Shown: positions 18,343 through 30,274, numbered from the stretch's first letter. The stretch is DNA of 64,000 bases from Gemmatimonadales bacterium (GCA_039917855.1 JBDSIR010000146.1:2047-66046); one strand, 5' to 3'. Numbers and translations are program-made. The notes: generated from the sequence alone by a model not told the origin.

Positions 18343-19980
18343 CTACCTCCGCAGGCTCCTCGCCTTGAACCGCAACGGATTCTGGAACAGATGGCTCGGC
18401 AGCAGGAACACCACCACGAACATCCCGAAGCTGATCATCAGCCCGAGCACCAGCACCTCGAGCCGGCGGCTGGCGAGATACACGATCGAGGTGATCATCC
18501 CGACCGTGAAGGCGAAGACCGCCAGCAGCAGCCGCCGCACCTGGGTGCCGATGAAGCGCTGCAGCTCGCCGACGTCCCGCGGATGCCAGCGGACCTTGAG
18601 TTCCTCGCGTTCCACCCGGCGGATCAGGTCGCGCAGGGAGCGGACCCCCTGGGTCACTTCCTTGGCCCAGTCGCCCAGTCCGGCCTGCGGCTCCTGCCCC
18701 AGGAGTGCGGCCATCAACTTCGGCCGCCATCGGTCGAGGACGGGCTTGAGCTCCTGCGCCACGTTCACGTTCGGGTCGTACCGAAGCGCCAACCCTTCCA
18801 CCAGCGCCGAGGCCCGCCCGAAGTAGACGAGGTCGCTCGGCAGCATCAGCGGCCAGTCGTAGAACGAGTGGACCAGTTCGTCCACCAGCTTGCCGATCTG
18901 CCGGACGCTCGCCCCCCGCTGGCCCGCCAGTTCGACCACTCGCCGGGCAGCGTCCTGCACCGCCCCGCGATCAGCGTCGGGATCCAGGATGCCGAGTTCA
19001 TAGAAACCGTTGATGACGCCGTCGGGGTCGCCCTGGGCGGCGGCCAGGACCAGGCGCGCCAATTTGGTCCGGAGCTCCCGTTCGACCGGGATGACCATTC
19101 CGAAGTCGAGGAGCACCACCCGCCCCCGGGGATCGACGAGGAGGTTGCCCGGGTGGGGGTCGGCGTGGAACAGCCCGTCGACCAGCATCATCTGCAGATA
19201 AAGCTCACCGACGGTCCGGACCAGGTGACGGACGTCGATCTCGCCGCTGGCGATCCGGTCGTGCAGCCGATCGATGCGGGTCCCCTCGATGTACTCGAGC
19301 ACCAGGACCCGGCGGGTCACCAGGGCCGTCACGACCTCGGGGACCACCACCTGCGGGAAGGGGGCCAGGTTCTGCCGAATGAGCTGCGCCTGACGCGCTT
19401 CCTCGCGGAAATCGAGTTCCCCACCGATCCGCTTGGCGAACTCGCTGACGATGGCGCCAAGGGCCCGGGTGTGATGGTTCGGGAAGAGGACCTGGACGAC
19501 GAGGAGGAACCGGAAGGCGATGTCCAGGTCGTCGTGCACCAGCTCGACGACACCGGGGCGGAGGACCTTCACGGCCACCTCGCGCCCGTGCCAGGTCGCG
19601 CGGTGCACCTGCCCGAGCGACGCGGCCGCCAGAGGCACCGTATCCCACTGCTCGAACAGCTCTGCCACCGGCGCGCCGAGCTCGGTCCGCACCACCGACT
19701 CCGCGACACCCGGTGCCAGCGGCGGCACCTGGTCGGAGAGCGTCGCGAGGGTCGAGAGATAGGGCTCGGGGAGGATGTCGGCGCGGACGCCGAGGACCTG
19801 GGCCAGTTTGATGAACGTGGGACCCAGCTCCGCGAGGGTGCGGGTCAGGCGCTGGGCGCGGCGGCCGTGGAAGTCCTCGCTGCGGTGGGGGGTCCCGCCG
19901 AACACGATGAACCGGCGCCGGTCGCGGAGGAAGCCGACGAGGAACGGCAAAAGCGCGAAGAGGACGCGGAGGGCCCGCAT
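18343..19980 (-). CDS. ABC1/UbiB-family atypical kinase
   Basis: ORF trimmed to MRALRVLF, whose ATG overlaps the mgtE stop. Has GPTFIKLAQVLGVRADILP, AAASLGQVHRA, VAVKVLRPG, HADPHPGNLLV, and C-terminal TM helices. Confidence 0.9.
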   Translation of the reverse strand: MRALRVLFALLPFLVGFLRDRRRFIVFGGTPHRSEDFHGRRAQRLTRTLAELGPTFIKLAQVLGVRADILPEPYLSTLATLSDQVPPLAPGVAESVVRTELGAPVAELFEQWDTVPLAAASLGQVHRATWHGREVAVKVLRPGVVELVHDDLDIAFRFLLVVQVLFPNHHTRALGAIVSEFAKRIGGELDFREEARQAQLIRQNLAPFPQVVVPEVVTALVTRRVLVLEYIEGTRIDRLHDRIASGEIDVRHLVRTVGELYLQMMLVDGLFHADPHPGNLLVDPRGRVVLLDFGMVIPVERELRTKLARLVLAAAQGDPDGVINGFYELGILDPDADRGAVQDAARRVVELAGQRGASVRQIGKLVDELVHSFYDWPLMLPSDLVYFGRASALVEGLALRYDPNVNVAQELKPVLDRWRPKLMAALLGQEPQAGLGDWAKEVTQGVRSLRDLIRRVEREELKVRWHPRDVGELQRFIGTQVRRLLLAVFAFTVGMITSIVYLASRRLEVLVLGLMISFGMFVVVFLLPSHLFQNPLRFKARSLRR

Positions 19981-21320
19981 CAGAGCAGGAACTTCGTCGC
20001 GAGACCGAGGAGCAGGAAGAACCCGATCATGTCGGTAAAGGTCGTCACGAAGATCGACGACGCGACGGCGGGGTCGACCTTGAACTTCTCCAGCAGGATC
20101 GGAACGAACGCGCCTGCGAACCCCGCCACCATCAGATTGCAGGTCATCGCGAGGAAGACGATCACGCCGAAGCGGATCCCCAGACCGAACACCATCGCGA
20201 CGAGCATCACCACCAGGCCGTTGCCGACGCCGTTGATGAGCCCGACCACGACCTCCTTGGCCACGACGCGCATCCCCTGCCCCTTCGGCACCAGGCCGAG
20301 GGCCAGGCGTCGCACCGTCACGGCGAGCGCCTGGGTGCCGGCGTTGCCCCCCATCCCGGCGATCACCGGCATCCAGAGCGCCAGCACCGTGAGCCGGGCG
20401 ATGGTGTTCTGGAAGATCCCGACGACGGACGCGGCCATGAACGCCGTGATCAGGTTCACATAGAGCCACGGGAGGCGGCTCCGCACCGCCGCGGTCCACC
20501 GGGCCGCGATGTCCTCGTCGGCCGAGACGCCGCCGAACTTGAGCAGGTCTTCCGTCGCTTCGGCCTCGACCACGTCGATGACGTCGTCGAAGGTGACTCG
20601 GCCAAGGAGCCGCCCGTTGCCGTCGACCACCGGCACCTCGAGCAGGTTGTAGCGCGACATCAGGTCGGCCACATGCTCCTGGCCCTCCTCCGGATGCACC
20701 CGGATATCGGCATCCTCCATGAACTCGCGCACCGGCCGCTCCGGCGGACTCGTCACCAGCCCCTTGAGCGGCACGATGCCCTGCAAATGACTGTCCCGAT
20801 CGGTCACGTAGACCTGGATGAAGCCTTCGGCCTCTTCCGATTGCCGACGGATCGCCTCGATCGCTTCCGCCGCCGTGACGTTGTCGGGCACGGTCACGAG
20901 GCGGGTGGTCATCAGTCCGCCGGCCGACTCCTCGTCGTAGCGCAGCAGCTTCTCGACGTCGGCACGCTCGGGCGCCTCGACCTCCGCGAGGATCCGCTCG
21001 GCGGTGTGCTCGTCCATCTGGCCGAGGAGGTCGGCCGCGTCGTCGTCGGCGAGTTCCCCGACGATCTCGGCGGCCCGCCCCGGGTGCATCGCCGCGAGGG
21101 TGTCCTCGGCGTGATCCTCCTCGGGCATCTCGGCGAGCGCTTCACCCGAGAGCTCGGGCGGGAGGGCGGAGACCGCGACGAGCCGTTCGGTATCGTCCAG
21201 GGAGGAAAGGACTTCCCCCAGGTCGGCCGCTTCGAGCTCGTGCGCCGCCGACACGAAGGCGTCGATATGACCGGTGCGGACGAGCTCCGCGATGACCTGC
21301 AGCCGCGAGGGCTTTCTCAC
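19980..21320 (-). CDS. mgtE: Magnesium transporter MgtE
   Basis: 446 aa with an N-terminal MgtE_N region, CBS pair and C-terminal TM domain ending DPAVASSIFVTTFTDMIGFF. Confidence 0.92.
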   Translation of the reverse strand: MRKPSRLQVIAELVRTGHIDAFVSAAHELEAADLGEVLSSLDDTERLVAVSALPPELSGEALAEMPEEDHAEDTLAAMHPGRAAEIVGELADDDAADLLGQMDEHTAERILAEVEAPERADVEKLLRYDEESAGGLMTTRLVTVPDNVTAAEAIEAIRRQSEEAEGFIQVYVTDRDSHLQGIVPLKGLVTSPPERPVREFMEDADIRVHPEEGQEHVADLMSRYNLLEVPVVDGNGRLLGRVTFDDVIDVVEAEATEDLLKFGGVSADEDIAARWTAAVRSRLPWLYVNLITAFMAASVVGIFQNTIARLTVLALWMPVIAGMGGNAGTQALAVTVRRLALGLVPKGQGMRVVAKEVVVGLINGVGNGLVVMLVAMVFGLGIRFGVIVFLAMTCNLMVAGFAGAFVPILLEKFKVDPAVASSIFVTTFTDMIGFFLLLGLATKFLL

Positions 21321-22504
21321 GTGGTCCCCCGGTCGAGGGTGAGGATGGGCACGGGCCCGGGGCGCACCAGCACCCGTTCGACGCGGGCGGGAGACGCCTG
21401 GATGACATCGAATTCGAGTCCGCGGACGGCGAGGCGCTCTCCGGCCTGCGGGATCCGCCCGGCCAGCTCGGTGAGGAGCCCCGCCACGGTCGCGGCACTC
21501 GTGTCCGGCAGGCGGACGCCGAAGCGCGTCGCGAGCGCGTCGAGCGGGGTCGAGCCGTCGGTCTCGAACACCTCGGTCGGCGTCGCGGCGGGCGCCGACA
21601 CTCCCGCGCCGTCGTCCTCATCGAAGATCTCACCGACGAGTGCGGTGAGGAGGTCTTCGAGCGTCACGATGCCCGCGGTGCCACCGTACTCGTCAAGGAC
21701 GACGGCGAGATGGCGCCGCTCCCGCTGCATCGCGAGGAGGAGATCGCCGCAGCTCCGGGTCTCGGGCGTGTGGGTGACGGGATGCCGTGGCAGCTCGGTG
21801 TCGCCCTGGGTGAAGAGGTCGAAGGCAAGGAAGACGCCGATGATCTCGTCGAGCGAACCCCGGTACACCGGCACCCGACTGAACCCGCTCTGGGCAAAGA
21901 CCAGAAGCAGGTCGTCCCGGCTCGCGTCCTCGGGCACCGCCACCACCTCGGTGCGAGGGGTCATCACCTCGCGCACCGGTCGTTCGGCAAAGGTCATCAC
22001 CCCGCCGGCCAGTGCAAGTTCCCGATCGACGGCCACGCCGGCGGCCATCGCCTCGCGCACGAGCGCGGCGGCGTCGTGGCCGTGACGGCCGGCAGGAAGC
22101 ACGGGACCGAGGATCCGGGTCAGCGGCGCGATCACGGGGAGCGTCAGCTCCGCGGTCCTGCCCCCCGCCGCTCGCGCCACCCAGCGGGGCGCGAGATAGC
22201 CGACGAGCAGCAGCACCGGCACGCCACCGAACACGAGCACCGCCGCGAGCGCCGCGCCGGCGAAGCCGGTCACCACCGCGGGGAACGCGGAGCCCAGCAG
22301 CACGACCCCGAGGGCGGTCAACGCGCGGGCCGTGCCGAGGTAGACCTCGGCTTCCGCCAGCCAGGGCGCGGGGCGTTCTCCGCCCCGGAGCCGGCGGTTG
22401 GCCGCGCGCGCGAGCTCACGCCGCCCTTCGGCGACGAGCGCCGCGCCGGCGGTGGCGCCACCGATGGTGAGGATCAGCCCGAGTACAAGCAGGAGCGCGC
22501 TCAC
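21317..22504 (-). CDS. CNNM/CorC-type hemolysin-family protein (DUF21-CBS-CorC_HlyC)
   Basis: 395 aa with N-terminal TM region, VREVMTPRTEVV, a CBS pair, and LDEYGGTAGIVTLEDLL. Confidence 0.85.
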   Translation of the reverse strand: MSALLLVLGLILTIGGATAGAALVAEGRRELARAANRRLRGGERPAPWLAEAEVYLGTARALTALGVVLLGSAFPAVVTGFAGAALAAVLVFGGVPVLLLVGYLAPRWVARAAGGRTAELTLPVIAPLTRILGPVLPAGRHGHDAAALVREAMAAGVAVDRELALAGGVMTFAERPVREVMTPRTEVVAVPEDASRDDLLLVFAQSGFSRVPVYRGSLDEIIGVFLAFDLFTQGDTELPRHPVTHTPETRSCGDLLLAMQRERRHLAVVLDEYGGTAGIVTLEDLLTALVGEIFDEDDGAGVSAPAATPTEVFETDGSTPLDALATRFGVRLPDTSAATVAGLLTELAGRIPQAGERLAVRGLEFDVIQASPARVERVLVRPGPVPILTLDRGTT

Positions 22505-23715
22505 AACTCCTCCTCGTACGAGAGCTCGGCGTCAGGCTCCGATTCCGTCACGATCCGCTCGAAATGCACCCGTTTGATGCGGCGGCGCGTCATCTGCTCG
22601 ACCACCACCCGGAAGCCGTCCACTTCGATGGCCTCGCCCGGGCGCGGCACCCGTCCGAAGAGCGCGAACACCAGACCGCCGACGGTGCTGACGTCGTCGC
22701 GGCCGAAGGAGTGGCCCAGCGCTTCCTCAAGCTCGTGCACCGAGACCGCACCCTGCACCCAGAAGCGCCCTTCACCCTCGCGCATGATCGGGGGCGCGTC
22801 GGCCGCCTCCTCGTCGTCGCGTTCGTCGCGGATCTCGCCTACCACCTGTTCGAGGATGTCTTCGAGGGTGATGAGTCCGGCGGTGCCGCCGAACTCGTCC
22901 ACCACCACGGCGATGTGGCTCGGGCCTTTTTGGAAATCCTTCAGCTGCCGGTCGAGGGTCTTCCCTTCCGGGACGTATTGCCCGGGCCGGATCAGCGTCT
23001 GCCACGCCTCGGCATCCCCGCCGGTGGCCTCCTGGGCGAGGAGGTCCTTGGCATAGATCACTCCCACGACGCTGTCGGGATGGCCGTCGAAGACCACGAG
23101 ACGCGCATGTTCCCACCGGCGGAGTGCTTCGATGGCCTCGTGCCGCTCGGCGCTCCGGTCCACCGAGCGGATGTCGATGCGCGGCGTCATCACCTCGGCG
23201 ACGGTCGTGTCGGCCAGGGCGAAGACGCCGAAGAACATGTCGCGCGGCCCCGGACCCGCCGGGGGGCGATGGAGCGCGGCCACCTCGCGGCGTCCCAACC
23301 GATCGGCGCGGCCCACGAGGGCGAGGAGCGGCGCAAAGGCGCGGAGCGTGCCGGCCGCGCGCCGACGCGCCACCCGCGGAAGGTCGGGGGCGCTCGCCGC
23401 GAGGAGCCGCGGCAGCAGGTCGCCAACGGTCCAGACCAGCGCCACGGCGAGAAGGAGCCGGAACACCGCCGCTCCCCACTGCCAGATCCACCAGTCGAGC
23501 GCCAGCGCCGCACTCGCGGCCGCGAGGCCCAGGAAGGCGAGGTGCATCACCTGGAAGGCGCGCGGAAGGGGGAGCCCTCCCCGCGGCGACTCCGACTCCG
23601 CCAGCAACTGGCCCAGATCGGCTTCCGCCGACGCGGCGAGCCCGTACCATCCGGCGGCCGCCGTGAGGAACGCGGCCAGGAGCGCGGTCAGCAGGAGGGA
23701 GAGTTCCGCGCTCAC
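22501..23715 (-). CDS. CNNM/CorC-type hemolysin-family protein, tandem paralogue
   Basis: Has VAEVMTPRIDI and VDEFGGTAGLITLEDILEQVVGEI. Start set to the GTG at 23715, which overlaps the ybeY stop (GTGA); the track start at 23751 is also possible. Confidence 0.85.
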   Translation of the reverse strand: MSAELSLLLTALLAAFLTAAAGWYGLAASAEADLGQLLAESESPRGGLPLPRAFQVMHLAFLGLAAASAALALDWWIWQWGAAVFRLLLAVALVWTVGDLLPRLLAASAPDLPRVARRRAAGTLRAFAPLLALVGRADRLGRREVAALHRPPAGPGPRDMFFGVFALADTTVAEVMTPRIDIRSVDRSAERHEAIEALRRWEHARLVVFDGHPDSVVGVIYAKDLLAQEATGGDAEAWQTLIRPGQYVPEGKTLDRQLKDFQKGPSHIAVVVDEFGGTAGLITLEDILEQVVGEIRDERDDEEAADAPPIMREGEGRFWVQGAVSVHELEEALGHSFGRDDVSTVGGLVFALFGRVPRPGEAIEVDGFRVVVEQMTRRRIKRVHFERIVTESEPDAELSYEEEL

Positions 23716-24101
23716 GCCAGCTTCCGCACGTAGCGTTCCTGGCGCAGCCACATCGGCGAACGGGTGCGCGCCCCACCCTCGGGGTGCTCATATCCGAGCA
23801 CGTGGAGAGTACCGTGCACCACCAGACGGATCAGTTCCTGCCGCACCGGCACCCGGTGGGTCCGGGCCTGGGTCGCCGCGACCGAGCGGCAGATATAGAT
23901 GTCCCCGACCAGGCGGCCATCCGGCGTGGGCAGGGCGAAGCTGATGACGTCGGTGGGACGATCATGTCCGAGGTGCTCGCGGTTGAGCGCGCGCATCCGG
24001 GTGAGGCCGAGGAAGGTCACCAACAGATGCGCCCTGCGGCGCTCGCCCTTGAGCACGGCACTGGTGATCCGGTCGATCGCGGGCCCGGACAGTGTGATCA
24101 T
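23712..24101 (-). CDS. ybeY: rRNA maturation endoribonuclease YbeY
   Basis: 129 aa with the HGTLHVLGYEH zinc motif. Its start overlaps the upstream stop. Confidence 0.9.
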   Translation of the reverse strand: MITLSGPAIDRITSAVLKGERRRAHLLVTFLGLTRMRALNREHLGHDRPTDVISFALPTPDGRLVGDIYICRSVAATQARTHRVPVRQELIRLVVHGTLHVLGYEHPEGGARTRSPMWLRQERYVRKLA

Positions 24102-25516
24102 CGCTTCCCCGGCGGCGTCGGTACCGCCGGCGTCTCGCCCGCGATCCCCCCCGCGGAGAGGGGATACTGGATCCGCTGATGGTGCATTCCGCCGAGGATC
24201 CGGACGAATTCCCCCTTGATCCGCGCGAGATCGCGCAGGGTCAGCGGCGCGTCGTCGAGCTGTCCGCTGGAGATCTTCCTGGCCACCAGAGTGTCGACGG
24301 CGACCTGGACCGCCTCGGGGGTCGGCTCATCCAGCACCCGGACCGCTGCCTCGGCCGAGTCGGCCAGCATGGCGATGGCGGTCTCGGCACGGCGCGGACT
24401 CGGCCCGGGGTAGGTGTAGACCCGCAGGTCGGGATCTTCCCCGCTCTTTCGGGCGCGGTCGAGGAAATATTCCACCCGGGTGGTGCCGTGGTGCTCGCGG
24501 ATGAAGTCGAGGACCACCTCGGGCAGGCCGTATTGGCGCGCAAGAGCGACGCCGGCCTCGACGTGCCGGGTGATGATGCGCGCCGATTCGGCGGGCGGAA
24601 GCAGGTCGTGCGGATTGCCCGCGCGGTGCTGGTTCTCCACGAAGTGCCCCGGCGACACGAGCTTGCCGACGTCGTGGTAATAGCACCCCACCCGCGCCAG
24701 CAGCCCGTTAGCACCGATCGCTTCGCATGCCGATTCGCAGAGATTGGCCATTGCCAGTGAATGGGCCCAGGTCCCCGGCGCCTCGGTGGCCAGACGACGC
24801 AACAGCGGGCGCGACGGGTCGGCGAGCTCGAGGAGGGTCAGGTCGGTGGTGACCCGCACGCCTTGTTCGAGCAGCGGCAGGACGAGCAGCGCCACGGCGG
24901 CACTCCCGATCGCGATCAGGGCGCCGTACCCCATGCTCTCCAGCACGTCGCCGACGGGCCAGCCACGCAGCACACCGAAGGCAAGCGCCCCGAGGAGGTA
25001 GCCGCCGACGGTGAGCGTCACGGCGAGGTACATCGACTTCCGCCGCCGCAGCACCCGGATGCCGAGGGCGCCCGCAGTCCCCCCGAGGAGGCCGAAGACG
25101 AGCGCCTGATCGTCGGGGAAGGTCCACTGCGTGCCGATGAGGAGCGCCAGCACGGTCGCCGCGGAGACCGCGAGGCGTCCGTTCCAGAGCATCGTCACGA
25201 GCATCGCGGCGAGCGGCACCGGCGTGAGTTCGGGGCGGTCGGGCACCAACCGGTGGATCAGCGCTGCCCCCACGACGGTGACCACGATGATGCCGACCAG
25301 CGCGATCACCTGGCGCAGGTCGGCGTACGTCTCCCGGCGATAGAAGGCGATGAGGAGCCAGAGCGGCGAGAGGAGGAGGAGGTCCAGCAGGATGGCACGG
25401 ATCGGCGTGCCGCCGGTCTCGGGAAACGCGAGGGCGGTCACCCCGGCCGCGGCGGCGAGAAGCGCCCACCGGACGAGGTGCCCCCGCGCGTCGACCACCG
25501 GCCGCTGTGGACTCAC
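24098..25516 (-). CDS. Membrane HD-domain phosphohydrolase (7TM-HD, PgpH-like)
   Basis: 472 aa with multiple TM helices followed by HSLAMANL..YYHDVGK..HH. No large N-terminal extracellular domain. Confidence 0.85.
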   Translation of the reverse strand: MSPQRPVVDARGHLVRWALLAAAAGVTALAFPETGGTPIRAILLDLLLLSPLWLLIAFYRRETYADLRQVIALVGIIVVTVVGAALIHRLVPDRPELTPVPLAAMLVTMLWNGRLAVSAATVLALLIGTQWTFPDDQALVFGLLGGTAGALGIRVLRRRKSMYLAVTLTVGGYLLGALAFGVLRGWPVGDVLESMGYGALIAIGSAAVALLVLPLLEQGVRVTTDLTLLELADPSRPLLRRLATEAPGTWAHSLAMANLCESACEAIGANGLLARVGCYYHDVGKLVSPGHFVENQHRAGNPHDLLPPAESARIITRHVEAGVALARQYGLPEVVLDFIREHHGTTRVEYFLDRARKSGEDPDLRVYTYPGPSPRRAETAIAMLADSAEAAVRVLDEPTPEAVQVAVDTLVARKISSGQLDDAPLTLRDLARIKGEFVRILGGMHHQRIQYPLSAGGIAGETPAVPTPPGKR

Positions 25517-26469
25517 CCGCTCTGATCCTCCGCGTAGGCCTTGATGATCTCGCGCACCAGGCGGTGCCGCACCACGTCCAGCTCGGTGAGGTACATGAAC
25601 CCGATCCCGTCGATGCCGGGAAGGATCCGTTCGACCTGCACCAGGCCCGAGTCCTCCCGCTTGGGGAGGTCGATCTGGGTCTTGTCCCCCGTCACCACCA
25701 CCTTGCTGTTCACGCCCAGGCGGGTGAGGAACATCTTCATCTGGGCACCGGTGGCGTTCTGCGCCTCATCGAGGATGATGAAGGCATCGTTGAGCGTTCG
25801 TCCGCGCATGTAGGCAAGGGGCGCGATCTCGATGACCCGGGTCTCGAGCGCCTTCTGCACCCGGTCCGGCGGCATCATGTCCTCCAGCGCGTCGTACAGC
25901 GGCCGCAGATAGGGATCGACCTTGGCCTGGATGTCCCCGGGGAGGAACCCCAGGGACTCGCCCGCCTCGACCGCGGGACGCGCGAGGATGATCCGCTTCA
26001 CGCGCTTGCGGGCCAGGGCCTCGACCGCCTTGGCGACGGCCAAGTAGGTCTTCCCGGTGCCGGCCGGACCGATCCCCACCACGATGTCGTGCTGGGCGAT
26101 TACCCGCAGGTACTCGCGCTGGCCCGGGGTCTTGGCGTTGATGGCGCGCCGGAGCCCCGGCAGGACGATCCGCTCGTCATTGCTGTTCGCCATCGCCTCG
26201 GCGGCGGCGGGGCCGTCACTGGCGAAGCGGGCGACGTCGTCCGGGCCGACCGTCTCCCCCATCCGCGCCAGGTCGACCATCGCCTGCACCACCGGCGTGG
26301 CGCGTTCGATCTGCTCGAGCGTGCCGTGCAGGGAGATGTTGTCCCCCCGGATCAAGGCGCGCACGCCGGTGGCCCGCTGGAGTTCCAGCAGGTTCTGGTC
26401 GTTGACACCGGCCACGAGCAGCTGGTCGGCGCCCTCGGTACTGACGCGGTGGGTGATGTCGTCGGTCAA
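25513..26469 (-). CDS. phoH: PhoH-family ATPase (YbeZ-like)
   Basis: 318 aa, TTG start after AGGAG. Has GPAGTGKTYLAV and ILDEAQN. Confidence 0.92.
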   Translation of the reverse strand: MTDDITHRVSTEGADQLLVAGVNDQNLLELQRATGVRALIRGDNISLHGTLEQIERATPVVQAMVDLARMGETVGPDDVARFASDGPAAAEAMANSNDERIVLPGLRRAINAKTPGQREYLRVIAQHDIVVGIGPAGTGKTYLAVAKAVEALARKRVKRIILARPAVEAGESLGFLPGDIQAKVDPYLRPLYDALEDMMPPDRVQKALETRVIEIAPLAYMRGRTLNDAFIILDEAQNATGAQMKMFLTRLGVNSKVVVTGDKTQIDLPKREDSGLVQVERILPGIDGIGFMYLTELDVVRHRLVREIIKAYAEDQSG

Positions 26470-26485
26470 TCGGTGCTCCTGATCT

Positions 26486-26555
26486 GGTGACCAGTGACCA
26501 GTGACCCGTGACCGGGCCGACTGGTGCGATCTTCCCTCATAGGCCCGGTCACCGG

Positions 26556-26573
<18 letters not shown>
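26486..26573. repeat. Heptamer-array hairpin, GTGACCR type
   Basis: Left arm ggtgaccagtgaccagtgacccgtgaccgggcc, 24-nt spacer, right arm ggcccggtcaccggttaccggtcaccggtcac. The right arm holds the last aspS codons and its TAA stop. Confidence 0.9.
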
Positions 26574-28343
<1,770 letters not shown>

Positions 28344-28345
28344 GT

Positions 28346-28801
28346 TCAGCGCGATTCGGCGTCGACGAGGGTCTGAATGAACGCTTCGGGAGTGGTGGCG
28401 GCGAGGAGGCGCTGGCGGACCTCGTCGCGGCGCACGACGCGCGCGATGCGGCTCAGCGCCTTGACGTGCTCGCCGGCGGCGGACTCGGGGCCCAGGAGGA
28501 GGAAAAAGAGCCGACACGCCTCGCCGTCGAGGGCATCGAAGTCGATCCCCGCCGTCGAGGTACCGCACACCATCTCGAGGCGCTGGACCACGGAACTCTT
28601 GCCGTGCGGCACCGCGACGCCAAGCCCGATCCCCGTGCTCAGCACCGCTTCGCGTTCCTCGACCGCCTGCAGCACATCCTCGACCCCGACCCCCGCACGC
28701 GCGGCGAGGAGCGTGGAGAGCTCCTTCAACACACCGGCCTTGTCGGCGGCATGGATGGGGACGCGGACACGGTCGGGATGAAGCAGGTCGGTGAGCTGCA
28801 C
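28346..28801 (-). CDS. ptsN: PTS IIA(Ntr)-type nitrogen regulatory protein
   Basis: 151 aa, GTG start. Has REAVLSTGIGLGVAVPHG and LFFLLLGPE. Confidence 0.85.
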   Translation of the reverse strand: MQLTDLLHPDRVRVPIHAADKAGVLKELSTLLAARAGVGVEDVLQAVEEREAVLSTGIGLGVAVPHGKSSVVQRLEMVCGTSTAGIDFDALDGEACRLFFLLLGPESAAGEHVKALSRIARVVRRDEVRQRLLAATTPEAFIQTLVDAESR

Positions 28802-28890
28802 GAGGGTAACGTAACCGGAGCGCGGAGGGGCGGCAACTAAAGTGGTGTCAATGAGTTACGGCGTAGGTGATGGCGGCTCCCTCTCCCTTT

Positions 28891-28949
28891 CCGCCTAACC
28901 CCCTGACCCCCTCTCCGCAAAGCGGAGAGGGGGGACCTCAGGGGGTGAG
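28891..28949. repeat. Palindromic element, CCTCACCCCCTGA..CCCCTCTCCGC family
   Basis: ccgcctaaccccctgaccccctctccgc aaa gcggagaggggggacctcagggggtgag forms a near-perfect hairpin just upstream of rlmN. Confidence 0.85.
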
Positions 28950-28965
28950 TTATCTTGCCTCCAGA

Positions 28966-30054
28966 ATGGCCACTGCACCCGTGAAGTCCGGCGCCACGCC
29001 GTCGAATATCCTCGATCTGACCCCCGCCGCCGCAAAGGAACGCCTGGCGAACTGGGGCAAGGGTCGCGGCCTGCCACGCTATCGCGTCGATCAGATCTTT
29101 CCGCGGCTCTGGCAGCGACCCATCGCCAGCTGGGCCGAGGCGAGCGACCTCCCGAAGGAACTGCGGGACGCATTGCAGGCCGATCATCCCCTGCCGAGCC
29201 TGCATCTCGACGTGCAGCAGACCTCGCAGGACGGCACCAAGAAGTTCCTCTGGCGCCTGCCGGACGGCGAAGCGATCGAATCCGTGCTCATCCCCTCCGG
29301 CACACGCCGGACGTTGTGCATCTCGTCGCAATGCGGCTGCGCGCTCGGCTGCGTCTTCTGCGCCACCGGGACGATGGGGTTCCGGCGGAACCTCACCCCC
29401 TTCGAGATCAGCGGGCAGGTGCGCGAGATCGTGCTCCGCAACGAGACCGACAAGCCGACCAACATCGTGTTCATGGGGATGGGGGAGCCGCTCCTCAACT
29501 GGCCCGCGGTCGACGTGACCCTCACCACCCTCAATTCCCCCGAGGGGATGGGGATCGGCGCGCGACATATCGTGGTCAGCACCGTCGGGATCATCCCGGG
29601 GATGGAAAAGCTCGCCCGGCGCCCGGAACAGTTCCGCTTGGCGATCAGTCTCCACGCCCCGACCGCCGAGCGGCGCCTCGCCATCATGCCGGTGGAGAAG
29701 AAGTACTCCCTCGCCGACGTCCTGAAGGCCGCAGAAGTATTCGAGAAGCGGATCACCTTCGAGTACGTCCTCATCGGCGGGAAGAACGATTCGGATGCGG
29801 ATGCGGATGCGTTGGTGAAGCTGGCCAGAAAGATGCATGCGCACGTGAACCTCCTCCCCCTTCACCCGGGTGGGGCGCCCGACCTGACACCGACGCCGCC
29901 GAACCGGATCCGCGCCTTCGCCGACCGCCTGGGGAATCAGGGGGTCGAGGCGACGGTGCGACGGAGCCGAGGACTCGATATCGCGGCCGCGTGCGGGCAG
30001 CTCAAGGTCGAAGTCGAAGCCAAGCGGCGCAAAGACGCAGCTCCGGCGACATAG
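28966..30054 (+). CDS. rlmN: 23S rRNA (adenine2503-C2)/tRNA methyltransferase RlmN (radical SAM)
   Basis: ORF trimmed to MATAPVKSG. Has YRVDQIFPRLW, CISSQCGCALGCVFCATG, MGMGEPLLN. Confidence 0.92.
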   Translation: MATAPVKSGATPSNILDLTPAAAKERLANWGKGRGLPRYRVDQIFPRLWQRPIASWAEASDLPKELRDALQADHPLPSLHLDVQQTSQDGTKKFLWRLPDGEAIESVLIPSGTRRTLCISSQCGCALGCVFCATGTMGFRRNLTPFEISGQVREIVLRNETDKPTNIVFMGMGEPLLNWPAVDVTLTTLNSPEGMGIGARHIVVSTVGIIPGMEKLARRPEQFRLAISLHAPTAERRLAIMPVEKKYSLADVLKAAEVFEKRITFEYVLIGGKNDSDADADALVKLARKMHAHVNLLPLHPGGAPDLTPTPPNRIRAFADRLGNQGVEATVRRSRGLDIAAACGQLKVEVEAKRRKDAAPAT

Positions 30055-30063
30055 CAGGCGGTA

Positions 30064-30202
30064 TTCACCACGGAGTACACGGAGGGACACGGAGACCCAC
30101 GGAGAACTACAATTGTTGTGGTTGCTTGAGCGGGGCTCCTCTTGAGACCACAAAGTCATCCCTCCGTGACTCTCCGTGTCCCTCCGTGTTCTCCGTGGTG
30201 AA
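30064..30202. repeat. Array hairpin, CACGGAG type
   Basis: Left arm ttcaccacggagtacacggagggacacggagacccacggagaac. The right arm reverse-complements to ttcaccacggagaacacggagggacacggagagtcacggag. 50-nt spacer. Confidence 0.9.
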
Positions 30203-30274
30203 AAAGTCATCCTCGGGAACCGGAAGGCGTTCTAGCAGGTAGCCGCACAACACCAACCCTGACCTGAAACGACC

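Noticed and set aside
21320-21330. Looked for an M-box (Mg2+) riboswitch upstream of mgtE.
   Set aside because: The mgtE start overlaps the stop of the preceding corC gene, so there is no untranslated leader.
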